Part shown: piece by piece, positions 36,440 to 46,143 of the stretch
How positions within the stretch are numbered: position 1 is the first letter of the stretch
Layout of the letters: the number at the start of each line of letters is the position of its first letter
NCBI GenBank assembly: GCA_964629655.1
Contig: CAZVQU010000001.1
Coordinates: 484,056 to 548,055 of the forward strand
Length of the DNA stretch: 64,000 bases
Direction: 5' to 3'
Origin: an uncultured Planctomycetia bacterium
GTDB lineage: Bacteria; Omnitrophota; Gorgyraeia; Duberdicusellales; 4484-171
Notes under the pieces: generated by a model
Seen by the model: the letters and a program-made list of their open reading frames with translations, nothing else
Told to the model about the DNA's origin: nothing
The model's database searches: none
Translations under genes and position numbers: made by a program

Positions 36440-38446
36440 CTAACGTAAGCTCACACCTTCTTGTTGGCTTAAGCTTTGCCTTATCTGGTTGTGAAAAGAA
36501 TCAACTTCGCTAGAGACAAGAGTCTTCTCAGTTGATTGATAAAAAATCCTTAAGGTGAAAGCCTTATGCTCCGGGGGGATATCTTTACCTTTATAAACGT
36601 CAACAATAGTCAACCCAGCCAGATAATTACCTTTGGCTTTGATAATCCCTTCAATCTCTTTAAATTTTATAGATTTCTTTAAAGAAATACTTATGTCTCG
36701 CCATATAGCCGGATAAGAACTAAGAGGTTTGTATTTCTTCTGGCCCCTGATTTTTACGCAAAGCGATAAATCTAATTGAGCGAAAAATAAGTTTTCTTTT
36801 AAGCCAAGGTTTTTCTTTTGCAGTTGATCTAACTTGCCCATGAATCCTAAATTACGATTCCCGACACTGACTTTCAAAGAGTTGGTAAAGTTATTTAAAG
36901 AGCTCTCCTTAAATTCGAAGCTGCTTATATTGAGGAAGTTCAAGATTCTTTCTATGGCGCCTTTTAAAAGAAAAAAATCATCATCTTTGCCGCTGATAGC
37001 TAAGGCTAGGGTAGGAGTTTCCAGAAAGCCTTTGCTATTTTTAGAATAGGTATCAGCTATTTCAAATAACCATAGACTACCTTGGTTACCTGTGCCGGTT
37101 AGGGCGCGATTCAAATTATGCCGCAGGCTCCTAGCCATTCCAAAAAGCAAATTGCTCCGCAAGGCATTCTCTTGGCTACGCAAAGGATTGATAAGTTCTA
37201 TAACATCTTTGTCTTCTATTCTTAATTGCTCTTTCTCCTCTAAGCTATAGGTGATTATCTCTTTAAATCCCAGCAGAGCTGCAAGGTTCGCCAGCTCTCC
37301 TTTAAAATGGTAGTAGTCTGTTTGACTAGAAATAGTTAAATTCCTCTTCAGAAATGGAATCTGAGCCGGTATCTTATCGTACCCGTAGATACGGGAAAAC
37401 TCTTCATAAACATCAACCTCGCTGTTAATATCAAACCGAGAACCCGGAGGCGAAACCACTATTCTATTTTTAGATAAATCCTTTACCTTAAAATCAAGGC
37501 TCTGGAGAATCTTCTTTGCCTCAAGCTTAAGAGTCCTCAGGCCTAAATAAGCACCTAAGGCATCGAAGCTTATTGTTATATTCTTTTTTGCTAATCGGGG
37601 TCTCTTACCGGCGGCCTTATACCCCTTAATTTTCCCTCCACTTACATCAGCTATTAATTTAGCAGCTTCGCAAGAAGCATGTTCTAGCAGGTGAGGCGAA
37701 ACCATTCGTTCAAAACGATAGGAAGACTCTGTATCCAGGCCAGCGGCTCTTCGAGAACGTCTCACGGTCAAAGGAGAAAATACTGCTGCTTCAAGAAAGA
37801 TATTATTGGTGGTTTTAGTTACCTCTGTATTTTTGCCCCCGATAATTCCGGCTAAAGCAATTACCTTCTTACTGTCAGCGATTACTAAGTTCTCTTTACC
37901 TAAAACTCTTTCCTTACCATCAATTCCCACCAATGACTCATTTTTCTTCGCTCTACGTATATAGATATTGCCCTCTAATTTATCAGCATCAAAAGCATGC
38001 AAGGGATTGCCCCATTTAAGCATAGAGTAGTTAGTAATGTCTACGGTGTCATTAACCAGGGTAAGCCCACAATTTAGAACTCGCTCTCGCAACCAAGCTC
38101 CAGATTCAGATACTCTTACCCCCTCTATTCTTCTACCAATGTAATAAGAACAATCTCCCTTATCTTCGATTAGAATATCTCTTGTTGCAAGAAGAGGTTT
38201 TGTAATTGAGACCGGGTAATTAACCTTTAACTTCTTTCCTAAAATAGCAGCTATCTCTCTGGATATCCCTAATATTGAGAGCCAGTCATACCTATTAGTA
38301 GTGACCTCAATATCAAAAATCCAATCTGAAAGCCCCTTCTCTAGGCCTTCGACCTCCATGCCGGCCATAGTAAGAAGAGAGGCCAACTCTCTAGGTGAGA
38401 TATCCACCTTTAAAAATTCCTGAATAAAATTTAAACTGAATCTCAT
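36440..38446 (-). CDS. pheT: Phenylalanine-tRNA ligase beta subunit (short form lacking the N-terminal OB/tRNA-binding domain)
   Basis: B1 start MRFSLNFIQEFL, then B3/4, B5 and FDX-ACB regions. 668 aa versus ~800 for the long form. Confidence 0.9.
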   Translation of the reverse strand: MRFSLNFIQEFLKVDISPRELASLLTMAGMEVEGLEKGLSDWIFDIEVTTNRYDWLSILGISREIAAILGKKLKVNYPVSITKPLLATRDILIEDKGDCSYYIGRRIEGVRVSESGAWLRERVLNCGLTLVNDTVDITNYSMLKWGNPLHAFDADKLEGNIYIRRAKKNESLVGIDGKERVLGKENLVIADSKKVIALAGIIGGKNTEVTKTTNNIFLEAAVFSPLTVRRSRRAAGLDTESSYRFERMVSPHLLEHASCEAAKLIADVSGGKIKGYKAAGKRPRLAKKNITISFDALGAYLGLRTLKLEAKKILQSLDFKVKDLSKNRIVVSPPGSRFDINSEVDVYEEFSRIYGYDKIPAQIPFLKRNLTISSQTDYYHFKGELANLAALLGFKEIITYSLEEKEQLRIEDKDVIELINPLRSQENALRSNLLFGMARSLRHNLNRALTGTGNQGSLWLFEIADTYSKNSKGFLETPTLALAISGKDDDFFLLKGAIERILNFLNISSFEFKESSLNNFTNSLKVSVGNRNLGFMGKLDQLQKKNLGLKENLFFAQLDLSLCVKIRGQKKYKPLSSYPAIWRDISISLKKSIKFKEIEGIIKAKGNYLAGLTIVDVYKGKDIPPEHKAFTLRIFYQSTEKTLVSSEVDSFHNQIRQSLSQQEGVSLR

Positions 38447-38460
38447 AATTTACTCTTAGC

Positions 38461-39519
38461 TTACAGAGAAAATTGTTTTAAGAATCTTACGTCGTTCTCG
38501 TAAAAAAGACGAATATCATCAATGCCATATTTAAGCATAGCTATTCTCTCTACGCCCATTCCAAAGGCAAACCCTTTGTGCTTTTTAGAATCTATCCGGC
38601 AAGCTTTTAATACCTTGGGATGGATCATCCCGCAGCCTAAGATTTCAAGCCAACCTTTGCCCTTGCAGACACTGCACTTCTTAACCCCTTCTTCTTTGCT
38701 TGCTCTCTCTGCTTTTTTTCTTCTACAAATGAAACAAGATATATCCACCTCTGCCGAGGGCTCAGTGAAGGGGAAAAAATGAGGCCGGAACCGAAGCTCT
38801 ACTTCATTTGAGAAAAATTCACGGGCGAAATGGAGCAGGACTCCTTTGAGATGAGAAAAGTTTATATCCTCATCTACTACAAAACCCTCTATCTGATGAA
38901 ACATAAACGAATGGGTAGCATCTACCGCGTCGGGTCGATAGACCCTTCCTGGTGAAATTACTGCCAATGGTGGTTTTGCCTCCTGCATAACCCTTATCTG
39001 AGAAGGTGAGGTATGACTTCTTAAGAGATACTTACCTCTATCTTTTTCGCCGATACCTAGATAAAAAGTATCAAAGGCTTCCCGAGAAGGATGTTCTAAG
39101 GGAATATTTAAAGCCTCAAAGTTATACCACTCCTCTTCAATCTCCTTACCCTCGATAGTAGCAAATCCTAGCTTCTCGAATATAGAACAAATCTTCTCGC
39201 TAACTGTGCTTAAAATATGGCGCGAACCAGATTCTAAGGAAACGGAAGGCGGGGTTAAATCGATTTTTCCTTCCCTGCCCTTTCCCTGGCTCGCCTCTGC
39301 CTCTAGCAAAGAGGTTATCTTTTGCTTAAAAGCATTTAACCTCTTGCCCCAAATGCCCCTTTCTTCTGGCTCAAGAGTAGGAATTCGGGAGAAGAGCTGA
39401 GTAAAAGTAGACTTTCTGCCTAAATATTTAATTTTCAAGATTTCTAACTCCTTGGGGGACTTAGCTTCCTGAAAATCTCTTTGAAGTTCTTCTTCTAGAC
39501 GTTTAATCTCGTTTTCCAT
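38461..39519 (-). CDS. pheS: Phenylalanine-tRNA ligase alpha subunit with a CxxC...CxxC insertion
   Basis: Class II motifs, FRPHFFPFTEPSAEVD, and C-terminal GFAFGMGVERIAMLKYGIDDIR. A ~25-aa insertion SCFICRRKKAERASKEEGVKKCSVCKGKG precedes WLEILGCGMIHP. Confidence 0.9.
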   Translation of the reverse strand: MENEIKRLEEELQRDFQEAKSPKELEILKIKYLGRKSTFTQLFSRIPTLEPEERGIWGKRLNAFKQKITSLLEAEASQGKGREGKIDLTPPSVSLESGSRHILSTVSEKICSIFEKLGFATIEGKEIEEEWYNFEALNIPLEHPSREAFDTFYLGIGEKDRGKYLLRSHTSPSQIRVMQEAKPPLAVISPGRVYRPDAVDATHSFMFHQIEGFVVDEDINFSHLKGVLLHFAREFFSNEVELRFRPHFFPFTEPSAEVDISCFICRRKKAERASKEEGVKKCSVCKGKGWLEILGCGMIHPKVLKACRIDSKKHKGFAFGMGVERIAMLKYGIDDIRLFYENDVRFLKQFSL

Positions 39520-40003
39520 ATCTTAACTTTATAAGGTAAATGAATGCTATTGTCAAACATATCATCGAGAGTATCTTGGCTAATTTTCGCTTTTGGGGAG
39601 AAATTTTGTACTCATTTCTATAGCCGCTTCGAATAACCTCTAAGCTCCCCAAATGCATATCGCTTATCTGATGGTCTGGACATTCTTTGTAAAAAATTCC
39701 TTTTATTCTTACCTGGTCTCCGGTTGCGCTATAGCTACCCCAATATGCTATCTCTTCTACCATTTCTTTATCAGCCGAAAAGACTCCTATCTGCTGTGAT
39801 CCGGCTGACACATTCAGCCAGATACCTCGAGCATCATTTAAGGCCTCACCAATTACTTCTCCCTCTATTTGAAACTCCCGGCCACTAAACTCCTCGGGAG
39901 AAGCAAATATATCTTCCAAAGAAATATTTTCGGCATAGGCAAGGGGAGTAACTAACACAATAAGTAACAAGCATAAAATAAAAAGTTTTAATTTAACTCT
40001 CAT
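39503..40003 (-). CDS. Hypothetical exported protein with a C-terminal membrane anchor
   Basis: Signal peptide (LAYA/EN) and a C-terminal hydrophobic helix plus basic tail. No family recognised. Confidence 0.4.
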   Translation of the reverse strand: MRVKLKLFILCLLLIVLVTPLAYAENISLEDIFASPEEFSGREFQIEGEVIGEALNDARGIWLNVSAGSQQIGVFSADKEMVEEIAYWGSYSATGDQVRIKGIFYKECPDHQISDMHLGSLEVIRSGYRNEYKISPQKRKLAKILSMICLTIAFIYLIKLRYGKRD

Positions 40004-40005
40004 AC

Positions 40006-41487
40006 CTATCTCCTAAATAACGATAAGGCAAAACCCAACGAGACAAAAATTGAGATAAATTCTAATCTACCAGCCCACATCTGAAAGATATAAACCAGTT
40101 TTAAAGTTAAAGGCATCGTTGGAGCAGTTATCCCCACTGACAACCCGACATTAGCGGTTGCTGAAACAGACTCGAACAGAGCCTCTGATGCCGGATAACC
40201 AAAACCTATAGCCACAATTGCTCCAGCTACATAGGTAAAGATGAAAAGAAAGAAAAATAAATAAGCCTCTTTCATTCTCTTGTCTGAAAGGACTAAACTC
40301 TGCAGATGGTGAAATCTATCTTTGTAAACAGCTCTAAAAGGCATCATCCAACGCTTAATCTCCATAAAGAATGATTTAAAGACAATGCCTAGCCTCATCA
40401 ACTTTATTCCACCGGTTGTAGAACAGACACCTCCTCCGATCATCATCGCAAAGATGACCGCCAGTAATCCTAAGGTTGGAAAGTGGTTTAGTTCTCCACT
40501 AGCTAAATTAGTAAATCCACAACCGCTATGAGCAGAAATTAATTGATAAAATCCTTTACGAAACATTGCTGGGCCGATCTTTGAAAGAGAAAAATAGAGG
40601 ATAAGGCTAAGCGAGCAAACTGTAAAAAAGAAAGTTCTTATTTCAAAGTTCTTGAAGATCTCTTTCTTGCTTTTATTCCATAGCCAAAAGTGAAGATTAA
40701 AATTTATCGCGCCGAGAATCATAAAGACAATAGTAGCTATCTCTAGAGGAAAGGAGTGGTAATAAGCGATATTTTGAGCTTGAGGAGCAAAACCGCCAGT
40801 ATCAAAAGAGGCGAAGAAGAGCCAAAGAGCATGAAAGAATGACCTTTGACCAGACAATCCTTGGCTATAAAGAATAGTGAAAAAAGTAATTACTCCTAAG
40901 ATCAAATAGACAAAGCTTACCTTCCAGATAAATCTTGCAGTAGCAATTACGTTGGGTAGAATTTTTTCCTGGCGGGCTTCGCCGATATAAAAACCTAAAG
41001 CAACCGAGCGAGCTCTGGTTAAAATAGACAAACTAGCTAAGATAATTCCCTGGCCCCCGATAAACATAGTTAAATGCCGCCACATATTATGGGAGATAGA
41101 AAGATGGTCTAAATCTTGAATGAGAATTAACCCGGTAGTTGCGAATCCACTCATTGACTCAAACCAAGCATCAATGAAAGATGAGAAGTGTGCAGATAAA
41201 TACAATGGTATTGCTCCCAGAAGTGAAAACACAAGCCAACCTAAACTAACTGTAAAAAAAGCATGTATCCAACCAGCCTCTTTTTTTATCGGGAAAATGA
41301 GGGTAAGAAGCATCCCTAGGGTAGCACTGAATGTAAAACCAATAAGAAAATCGAGAAGAGGAGAGTATTCACCCTTTATTAAGGCTACTATGATTGGGAT
41401 AACCATAAAGAGACTTAAACCTAAGATAAGCCTCCCTAAAATGTTTAGGATTGTGGAAAAATCTCTTCTATCTGGGGAAATAATCAT
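40006..41487 (-). CDS. TrkH/KtrB family potassium uptake membrane subunit
   Basis: Repeated pore loops with GFATTG, GCGFTN-like and TTGG selectivity-filter-type motifs. ~10 TM segments. Confidence 0.85.
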   Translation of the reverse strand: MIISPDRRDFSTILNILGRLILGLSLFMVIPIIVALIKGEYSPLLDFLIGFTFSATLGMLLTLIFPIKKEAGWIHAFFTVSLGWLVFSLLGAIPLYLSAHFSSFIDAWFESMSGFATTGLILIQDLDHLSISHNMWRHLTMFIGGQGIILASLSILTRARSVALGFYIGEARQEKILPNVIATARFIWKVSFVYLILGVITFFTILYSQGLSGQRSFFHALWLFFASFDTGGFAPQAQNIAYYHSFPLEIATIVFMILGAINFNLHFWLWNKSKKEIFKNFEIRTFFFTVCSLSLILYFSLSKIGPAMFRKGFYQLISAHSGCGFTNLASGELNHFPTLGLLAVIFAMMIGGGVCSTTGGIKLMRLGIVFKSFFMEIKRWMMPFRAVYKDRFHHLQSLVLSDKRMKEAYLFFFLFIFTYVAGAIVAIGFGYPASEALFESVSATANVGLSVGITAPTMPLTLKLVYIFQMWAGRLEFISIFVSLGFALSLFRR

Positions 41488-41626
41488 AACTCTTAAGATA
41501 AACTACAAAGACTTCTCTTGTCTTAAAAGATTAAAGAAAGACAATACCCTAGACCAACAATAAAAAGACAAAAAATAATTTCAGTTATGATTCCTGTTAC
41601 TACCCGCATCTTAGTTATCTATCTAA

Positions 41627-42292
41627 TTAAATCTTGCCGATAAGTGCTTTAATTAATTCTTTCTCTACATCAATTAAAGCAGCAGCAATTACTTCATCAC
41701 CAGGCAATATTACTGTTGAACCATAGGGAATAATTATGTCTGGACCTCTTAAGATAGAGACGAGAACGGAATTGTGTGGCAGGCTAATATCTTTTAAGGC
41801 TTTATTGGCAACTGGTGAAGTTTGGGGAATATCAACTCTTACAATTGACAGCCTCCCCTTCTTAATACTTAAAAGGCTCATCACGTCAGTAAAGGAAGCC
41901 TCTTCCTCTACAACCCGAGCGATTATAGATGTAGAATCTACAGGGTTGTCCACTTCCATATATTTATAGAGAGGTATATGCTTAGGATCATTAACCCTAG
42001 CCACAGTTCTTTTTACCCCAAATAGCTCCTTTGCCAGGTAGCAAACAATTGTGTTATCCTCATCATTAGAGGTAGCACTCACACAAACATCAGCCTTTTC
42101 TATCTTTGCCTGTTGCAAAACCTCAGGATAAGTAGCATCTCCTCTGATGATTAGAGTATCTTGCAGCTCTCCGGCTAGCTTATTGCAAAGAATCTCACTC
42201 TTATCAATAAGGCAAATCTGATGACTGTCTTCTTTTAGCTTCTTGCCTAAAATTAAACCTAATCTACCTGCTCCGGCTATGACGATATACAT
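41627..42292 (-). CDS. TrkA/KtrA potassium uptake regulatory subunit (RCK N + C domains)
   Basis: Rossmann IVIAGAGRLG. C-terminal TrkA_C. Confidence 0.8.
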   Translation of the reverse strand: MYIVIAGAGRLGLILGKKLKEDSHQICLIDKSEILCNKLAGELQDTLIIRGDATYPEVLQQAKIEKADVCVSATSNDEDNTIVCYLAKELFGVKRTVARVNDPKHIPLYKYMEVDNPVDSTSIIARVVEEEASFTDVMSLLSIKKGRLSIVRVDIPQTSPVANKALKDISLPHNSVLVSILRGPDIIIPYGSTVILPGDEVIAAALIDVEKELIKALIGKI

Positions 42293-42675
42293 TTCTTTAA
42301 CACCTCGGCAATTAAATAGGTACGATTAACAATAGTTAAGCCTTCTTCCTTAAATATCTTCTTCTTCATGACATCGTTTACCTGCAAGATAACCTTCTTG
42401 ACCCCATACTTTCTCTTCACAACCTTGCCGACAACTAAATTAATATTATCATTACCAGTAAGTAGGTACACCGCATCAGCGCCTTTTGCTTCGGCTTTTT
42501 CAAAAGTGGTTATATCCAAAGCATCGGCCCAAATCTTCTTACCGTTAAAATCATCGCCCAAGGAATCTAAACTCTTCAGGCTCTTGTCTACAACTACAAC
42601 ATTCTCCTCTTTAGATAGCTCAAGGGCTAAATTTTTTCCGGTCTTGCCACAGCCGATAATAATTATATATCTCAT
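42277..42675 (-). CDS. TrkA-N (RCK N-terminal, NAD-binding) domain protein
   Basis: IIIIGCGKTG Rossmann motif. 132 aa. Confidence 0.7.
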   Translation of the reverse strand: MRYIIIIGCGKTGKNLALELSKEENVVVVDKSLKSLDSLGDDFNGKKIWADALDITTFEKAEAKGADAVYLLTGNDNINLVVGKVVKRKYGVKKVILQVNDVMKKKIFKEEGLTIVNRTYLIAEVLKKCISS

Positions 42676-43016
42676 TTTTGGACTGTTTCTACGATTTTTG
42701 CAAATACTTCTGGGTGCTCAGCAGCGATTTTTGCCAACATATCCCGGGAAAGAACGATCTCTTTCTTTTTTAAAGCATTCATAAACTTACTATAAGAAAG
42801 ATCGACCCCTTCTAGGGCTGCATTAATACGGGTAATCCAGAGAGAACGAAATTCCCGTTTCTTTGTCCGTCTATGCCGATAAGCAAAAGCGTAAGCTCTT
42901 CTTAGAGTCTCAATGGCCCGACGGTATTTTTTGGAACGCTCCCCCCAATAACCCTTAGCTGATTTTAAAACTTTTTTCTTCCTCTTACGGGAAGTTACGG
43001 AACTTTTTACCTTCAT
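42672..43016 (-). CDS. rplT: 50S ribosomal protein L20
   Basis: KRKKKVLKSAKGYWGERSK...RAYAFAYRHRR. Confidence 0.9.
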   Translation of the reverse strand: MKVKSSVTSRKRKKKVLKSAKGYWGERSKKYRRAIETLRRAYAFAYRHRRTKKREFRSLWITRINAALEGVDLSYSKFMNALKKKEIVLSRDMLAKIAAEHPEVFAKIVETVQK

Positions 43017-43030
43017 TATAAATCTCCTTT

Positions 43031-43231
43031 CTACATAGAATAGGGCAATGCTTTTTTCAATGCCCTCTTATCACCTTCTGATACTTTAGCCTTACGCCTT
43101 AGTTTCCGCTTTCTCTTCTTAGCCTTACCGCTTAGCAGATGACGTCGGCCAGCCTTAGACCTTAAGGCTTTCTTCTTCTTAGTAATCTTTACTCTTTTAG
43201 CTGTTGATTTTCTCGTTTTTAACTTCGGCAT
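43031..43231 (-). CDS. rpmI: 50S ribosomal protein L35
   Basis: MPKLKTRKSTAKRVKIT..., 66 aa. Confidence 0.9.
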   Translation of the reverse strand: MPKLKTRKSTAKRVKITKKKKALRSKAGRRHLLSGKAKKRKRKLRRKAKVSEGDKRALKKALPYSM

Positions 43232-43289
43232 TTCTCGCTCCTTTGTCTCTCTTCTTATTATATGAGAAATTAAAAGATATAAAAGTTGT

Positions 43290-43793
43290 TTATTTCGGGC
43301 TCAAAATTAAAACCATGGTCTTACCCAACATATGGGGTTCCCGGTCTATCCTTCCAATTTTCTCGACATCCTTAAGAAGTTTATCAATTACTTTATTTCC
43401 AATCTCTTTATGGGTAATTTCTCTACCCCTAAACCACATTCTCACTCTTACTTTATGTTTTTTCTCTAAAAATTCTTTTATATGTTTAAGCTTAATTTCA
43501 TAATCATGAATCCCTATGCGAGGCCTAATTCTTACCTCTTTAAGCTGAGCTTGTTTTTGATGTTTCCTTACTTCCTTCTCTCTCTTCTCCTGTTCATATT
43601 TATATTTAGAAAAATCTATTATCCGGCAAACCGGTGGGTCGGCTTGAGGAGCAACCTCCACTAAGTCTAAATCAAATTCATCGGCCTTCTTAAAGGCCAT
43701 ATCGCGAGGGAAAACGCCTAATTGTTCCCCTTCAGGGCCGACTACCCGTAATGTTTTTGCAAAAATTCTCTCATTTACCCTCACATACTTCAC
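43290..43793 (-). CDS. infC: Translation initiation factor IF-3
   Basis: IF3 N and C domains (RIDREPHMLGKTMVLILSPK C-terminus). infC-rpmI-rplT order. The exact start is uncertain because IF-3 often uses a non-ATG start. Confidence 0.85.
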   Translation of the reverse strand: MKYVRVNERIFAKTLRVVGPEGEQLGVFPRDMAFKKADEFDLDLVEVAPQADPPVCRIIDFSKYKYEQEKREKEVRKHQKQAQLKEVRIRPRIGIHDYEIKLKHIKEFLEKKHKVRVRMWFRGREITHKEIGNKVIDKLLKDVEKIGRIDREPHMLGKTMVLILSPK

Positions 43794-45502
43794 TTAGCGT
43801 CATCCTCCTTTTTTAAAATACCTACTAACTCTTCTGTTCCCATACCACCCAAATTCTTCATACCTCTGCCCCGCAAAGAAATCTTTCCTTCCTGCATCTC
43901 CTTTTTCCCAACAATTACCATGTAAGGAATTTTTAAAAGTTCTTTCTCGCGGATTTTTTTCTGTAAGGTCTCATCGCGTAAATCTACTTCTACCCGAAAT
44001 CCTTGTTTCTCCAAATCTCCTTTTATCTTAGAAGCATAATCTCCTGCATCGGCGGTTACGTTTAAGACACTCACTTGAACCGGAGCAAGCCAAAGGGGAA
44101 ATTTCCCGGCATAGTGCTCGATCAAAGTAGCAATAAAGCGTTCGAAGCTCCCCAAGATTACCCGGTGAATCATAACTGCCCGCTCATTCGTTCCCGAAGA
44201 AGCCCGATAAGTTACATCGAACCGCTTAGGAATATTATAATCTAACTGCACAGTAGCACACTGCCATTCTCGACCAATAGCATCTCGCAGTTTAATGTCA
44301 ATTTTCGGACCGTAGAATGCGCCGTCTCCAGCATTCACCCGATATTTGAAATCTTTTTTCTTTAAGACTTCTTCTAAGATGCTTTCGGAATTATCCCAAT
44401 CTTCTACCTCACCAATAAATTCTTTAGGCCTTGTGCTTAACTCAGCAGTGAAATCAGTAAAGCCAAACTTATCCATAGCTACTTTTACAAACTCCAAAAC
44501 TCCCTCTATTTCACTATAAAGATCTTCCTTTTTACAAAAGATATGCGCATCATCCTGGGTAAAACCCCTTACTCTTAAAAGACCATGCAACACTCCACTT
44601 TTTTCATAACGATAAACTGTCCCCAATTCAAGTAACCGCAAGGGCAAATCACGCCAGCTACGCAATTGGGACTTATAGATAAGGATATGCCCGGGACAAT
44701 TCATCGGTTTTAAAACAAACTCCTGATTATCTTTTTGGACTGAATACATATAGTCTTGATAATACTCTAAGTGGCCGCTTCTTTCCCATAACTTCTTATC
44801 CATAATATGGGGGGTCTCAACCATCTTATATCCTCTCTTTAAATGCTCTCTTATCTCCCAATCTTCTATTATTCTCTTTAAAATTGCCCCTTTAGGCAGA
44901 TAAAAAACTAAACCGGCACCAGCTTGGTTGTGATAAATATCAAAGAGCCCTAACTCTTTACCTAATTTGCGATGATCTCTTTTTTTTGCTTCTTCTAAGT
45001 TCTTAAGATGTGTATTTAGCTCCTCCTTGGTAGAAAAAGCAGTTCCGTAAATACGCAGTAGCTGAGGATTGCCTTCCTCACCCTTCCAATAAGCACCTGA
45101 GACCGAGAGTAGCTTAAAGTACTTTACCTTCCCGGTTGACTCAACATGAGGCCCTTTACATAAATCTGTAAACTCCCCGTGTTTATAAATTGAAACCTTA
45201 TCACTGCCTAATTCTTTTATTAGCTCTAGCTTATACTTTTCGCCCTGCTTTTTGAAGAAATTTATTGCCTCCTTAACATCCTGTTCTTGGCAGTCAAAGG
45301 AAAGGTTTGCTTTTACCTCTTCTTTCATTAGCTTTTCGATTTTAGGCAGATCTTCTTCGCTTATCCCTCCCGGGATATCAAAGTCATAGTAAAAGCCATT
45401 CTCAATTGCCGGACCAATACCCAGCTTAGCCTGAGGGTAGAGCTTTTTTACCACGCTAGCCAAGATATGCGAACAAGAGTGTCTTAAAGCATTTAGATCC
45501 AT
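43790..45502 (-). CDS. thrS: Threonine-tRNA ligase (lacks the N-terminal TGS domain)
   Basis: Begins in the N2/editing domain (RHSCSHILA). Class II catalytic core and C-terminal anticodon-binding domain. 570 aa. Confidence 0.9.
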   Translation of the reverse strand: MDLNALRHSCSHILASVVKKLYPQAKLGIGPAIENGFYYDFDIPGGISEEDLPKIEKLMKEEVKANLSFDCQEQDVKEAINFFKKQGEKYKLELIKELGSDKVSIYKHGEFTDLCKGPHVESTGKVKYFKLLSVSGAYWKGEEGNPQLLRIYGTAFSTKEELNTHLKNLEEAKKRDHRKLGKELGLFDIYHNQAGAGLVFYLPKGAILKRIIEDWEIREHLKRGYKMVETPHIMDKKLWERSGHLEYYQDYMYSVQKDNQEFVLKPMNCPGHILIYKSQLRSWRDLPLRLLELGTVYRYEKSGVLHGLLRVRGFTQDDAHIFCKKEDLYSEIEGVLEFVKVAMDKFGFTDFTAELSTRPKEFIGEVEDWDNSESILEEVLKKKDFKYRVNAGDGAFYGPKIDIKLRDAIGREWQCATVQLDYNIPKRFDVTYRASSGTNERAVMIHRVILGSFERFIATLIEHYAGKFPLWLAPVQVSVLNVTADAGDYASKIKGDLEKQGFRVEVDLRDETLQKKIREKELLKIPYMVIVGKKEMQEGKISLRGRGMKNLGGMGTEELVGILKKEDDAK

Positions 45503-45538
45503 GTTTTTCTTCTATTGTTTAGCTTTTAGCTTTATTTT

Positions 45539-45613
45539 TGGTGGGCGGTGTAGGATTTGAACCCACGACCCCCTCGGTGTAAACGAGATGCGCTTCCACT
45601 GCGCCAACCGCCC
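45539..45613 (-). tRNA. tRNA-Val (anticodon TAC)
   Basis: Minus-strand 75 nt. Acceptor GGGCGGT/ACCGCCC. Anticodon loop TTTACAC. T-arm GGTTCAAATCC. CCA encoded. Confidence 0.85.
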
Positions 45614-45639
45614 AAAGTATATCGGTAAATAATACCAAA

Positions 45640-45698
45640 ATATTAAGAAAAAGCAAGCAACTTTACCTGGCCCTTAGTTTACTATACTTTAGGTAAAG
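45640..45698 (-). terminator. Possible intrinsic terminator after the V-ATPase operon
   Basis: 8-bp stem (CUUUACCU/AGGUAAAG) spanning the atpK stop, followed by UUGCUUGCUUUUUCUU. The loop is long (22 nt), so the assignment is weak. Confidence 0.25.
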
Positions 45699-46128
45699 CC
45701 ATCATGCAAAAAGCCATAACAAATAGGGCAACGGTCTCAATAATCCCTAAAACCATTATATACTGGCCAAACCCCTTGCCAGTCTCAGCTAAAGCATCAG
45801 AAGCGCTGGCTCCGGCTTTACCCTGCATCCAGGCTGAAGCACCCATAGCCAAACCAGCAGCTAAGCCGATTATCATCTGATAGGTATAATTTTGAGCAGT
45901 TGCCGGGAGATTAGCCTCGAGTATCTTACCTCTTAAGATCATACCGTAAATTGTCTGAGTTAAAGGAGCTCCGACAAAAGCAATCAGTGCAAACGGTGCA
46001 GCCTTATTCTGAGTGAAAGCCTTTTTCCAAGCCCCAACTGCTGCCATACCGGCGACTCCAGTACCTAAAGCTGAACCTATGGCAGCGAAAGCTAAAGACA
46101 AATTCATATCGCCAAAACCTTGAGTCAT
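45682..46128 (-). CDS. V-type ATPase subunit K (proteolipid)
   Basis: Two hairpin repeats, Gly/Ala-rich TM helices, ~148 aa. Confidence 0.8.
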   Translation of the reverse strand: MTQGFGDMNLSLAFAAIGSALGTGVAGMAAVGAWKKAFTQNKAAPFALIAFVGAPLTQTIYGMILRGKILEANLPATAQNYTYQMIIGLAAGLAMGASAWMQGKAGASASDALAETGKGFGQYIMVLGIIETVALFVMAFCMMALPKV

Positions 46129-46143
46129 GATAACCTCCCTTTT

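Noticed and set aside
41523-41609. 28-codon hydrophobic mini-ORF (MRVVTGIITEIIFCLFIVGLGYCLSLIF) between trkA and trkH
   Set aside because: No Shine-Dalgarno sequence and a very short frame. It could be a KdpF-like peptide, but that cannot be supported from sequence alone.
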